Positions 61,911-64,000 of a DNA stretch of 64,000 bases are shown here, piece by piece. Where the stretch lies: assembly GCF_009914755.1 (NCBI RefSeq), contig NC_060925.1; one strand, written 5' to 3'. The stretch is from the human T2T-CHM13v2.0 reference genome, Homo sapiens. The notes beneath the pieces are model-generated. The model was not told the origin of the DNA, did not search any database, and was given only the letters and a program-made list of their open reading frames with translations. Both the position numbers and the translations under genes were made by a program. How positions within the stretch are numbered: position 1 is the stretch's first letter; each line of letters opens with the position of its first letter.

Positions 61911-62359
61911 GTATGCATCTGAGCTGCTATAACAAAATACCTCAGAGAGGGTAATTTATAAACAACAGAAATTTATATTCTATAGCACAGCATAACACAA
62001 TATTACCATGTAACAAAACTGCACATATACCCCCATATCTAAAATAAAATTTGATAATCTTTTTTAAAAAGAAAGACATTGTTCACAGTTCTGGAGGCCA
62101 GGTAGTCCAAGATCAAGATGTCAGCAGATTCAGTGTCTGGTGAGGGCCCATTCCTCATAGATGGTGCCTTCTTGCTGCATCCTCACATGGCAGAAGGGGA
62201 TAACAAGCTTCCCTGGATCTCTTTATAAGGGCACTAATTCCATTCGTGATGACAAAGTTCTCATGACCAAAAAACTTCCCACCCCTTAATATTATCTCAT
62301 TGGGGATTAGATTCCAATATATGAATTTTGGGGGAACACAAGCATTCAGACGATGGCAC
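61911..62359 (-). mobile_element. MLT1A0-like LTR containing a ~90-bp L1 3' tail (~61985-62072)
   Basis: 'gctgctataacaaaatac...cacagttctggaggc...gtccaagatcaag'; L1 tail 'catgtaacaaaactgcacatatacccc...ctaaaataaaa'. Confidence 0.85.
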
Positions 62360-62717
62360 TGACTAAAGTAGATTGGCCTCCATAATATGGGGTGGGGAGC
62401 TCATTCAATATATTATAGACCTGAGTAGAATAAAAAGCTAAGGAAGAAAGAACTCTTTTGCTCTGGATAGCTGTCTTTGAGCTGGGATATTGACCTTCTC
62501 CTGCCTTGAGACTCAGAATTAGACTGGAACTTACATCATTGGCCTTACTGTTTCTCAGACTCAGACGCACACTCACACATACATCATTGGCTTTCCTGCT
62601 GCTCAGACCTTGGAATTTGTGCCGAAACTGTACCACCATCTTGCCTGGATCAGGACTTCTCAGCCTCCATAATCCTGTAAGTCAATTCCTTATTTAAAAA
62701 ATCCTCCCCACCCATAG

Positions 62718-62719
<2 letters not shown>

Positions 62720-62764
<45 letters not shown>
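62720..62764. repeat. (CA)n microsatellite
   Basis: Directly visible. Confidence 0.96.
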
Positions 62765-62765
<1 letters not shown>

Positions 62766-64000
62766 CCTATTGGCTCTGGTCCTTTGGAGAACTCTGACTG
62801 ATATACCTTCCCATTGCACTTGGAATACTAAGTCTAAATTCCTTATTAAAGCCTGCAAGTCCTGCATAATGTGCCCCCATTCACCCCTGTCCCCAGTGAC
62901 TTCTCCAATCCAGTTTCCTGCCACTCCCCCTTCCTCATGCACACCAGCCACACTGACCTTCTTTCAGTTCCTCAGCATGTAAGATTCACCCCACAGCCTC
63001 TGAGCTTACTGTTTGACCAATCTGGAGAAAAGATTGCTCTTCCCAGCTTTTTACATGATGGGTCTCTTCCCATTGCTCACATCTCAGTTTAAATGTCTCT
63101 TCACAGAGAAACCTTCTCTGACCAGCCCTGCCATATCTAAAATATGATCCCTCATTATTCTGTATAGCTGTGCCCTATTTATTAGCTTTGTACTGCCAAC
63201 AAAACTTCAAGCAGCACAAGAACAGAGACCATGTCTGTTTTACTCAGCAATACATCCCAAGCACTGTATCCAGCTTATGGTGGATGCTCTAGTATTGTAT
63301 AAATGAATACATTAATGAGCAGGTAAATGCACAGCCAAATAAACAACCATACCCAAAGACTTTACTAAAGCTTATGTTTTTGTTTAATAATGATTCAACA
63401 CATGTAAGGTTTTTTTCAGGAAGGAGTGATATGGAATAAAATATTTCATCTTCCTAGTACAATTTCAGGAAGCACTAAAGGGCAGCAGCTCATGAGATAT
63501 CCCTGAAATCAGCCTTTTACTTACATAGAAAGCAGCCTTTTACTTCTCTCAAGGCCTACTTTATGAGCATTATTTAATTTGAATTGTCTCTGTCTTCCTT
63601 TCTCTTCGCTGCACGATGCTCAACCAGATTCACAAATGGTGGTAACTAAACTGGCCACCAGTGAAAAATTTTGAAGCAAATTAAATAACCATGGAGTAGG
63701 ACGACAGTTAATGCAACCAACACTTAATGATTTGTGGCATCAGTGTAAGCAGTGCTGGGAGTGGGTGAGGCCAATGTCGGTAACTCAGCTGAATAAAACC
63801 CCACATATGCCAGGGATCAATTTACCTCGTCTCTAGGTTACTCCTCCTAACAAAAGCTACACAAGGGTTGCTGGCCAGAAGCCAGAGGGGCCGATGGGAC
63901 TTCCACACCCACTCACTCCTTCCCAGGCCCAGGTCTCTGGCCGAGGTGCTAATGAGCAGTAAAAAGGCCAGAAGGTGAAAAGAAGTAGGGGGAAAGAGGG

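Larger units (their letters stand above)
61776..62805 (+). mobile_element. MLT2 (ERVL) LTR with internal (CA)n, interrupted by MLT1A
   Basis: 'tgtgatagttaattttatgtgt' start and 'cctattggctctg...ggagaactctgact' end; TSD (A/C)CTTC. Confidence 0.85.
61035..63312 (+). mobile_element. L2 element hosting nested LTRs
   Basis: L2 motifs on both sides of the inserts ('ccctgcttaaaacccttcca' / 'ttcccattgcactt') and an L2 tail 'aaatgaat' near 63305. Confidence 0.75.

Noticed and set aside
63510-63545. Micro-duplications (CAGCCTTTTACTT x2; similar at ~4560, 22353, 35494 and 39801)
   Set aside because: Ordinary slippage-scale events with no sign of function.
63870-63900. Possible CTCF site or promoter edge at the window end
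   Set aside because: The motif match misses several core positions and there is no CpG island.

Overview
This is repeat-dense, AT-rich catarrhine primate genomic DNA, most likely human (AluY, L1PA3/4-type, THE1 and MST elements). I see no intact protein-coding gene, RNA gene or CRISPR array. Most of the listed ORFs are L1/Alu/LTR remnants or low-complexity noise. The largest element is a full-length, inactivated L1PA4-like copy (52651-58804) with a 15-bp target-site duplication (TSD). The strongest signal is a set of unusual retrotransposition and repair fossils: (1) an L1PA3-like insertion lacking its own 3' end and carrying three stacked AATAAA+poly(A) modules inside one TSD, consistent with serial 3' transduction; (2) an L1 flanked by a ~165-bp direct repeat, possibly a giant TSD; (3) an orphan polyadenylated 240-bp retro-insert with a TSD; (4) a 49-bp fold-back at an L1 5' junction; (5) a palindromic 39-bp insertion in an Alu; (6) a diverged 205-bp local copy sitting inside an LTR. 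Several minus-strand exon-like segments lie downstream of the L1 antisense promoter, but that transcript is only a hypothesis. Subfamily names come from remembered diagnostic motifs, not a RepeatMasker run, and the boundaries of old elements are approximate.
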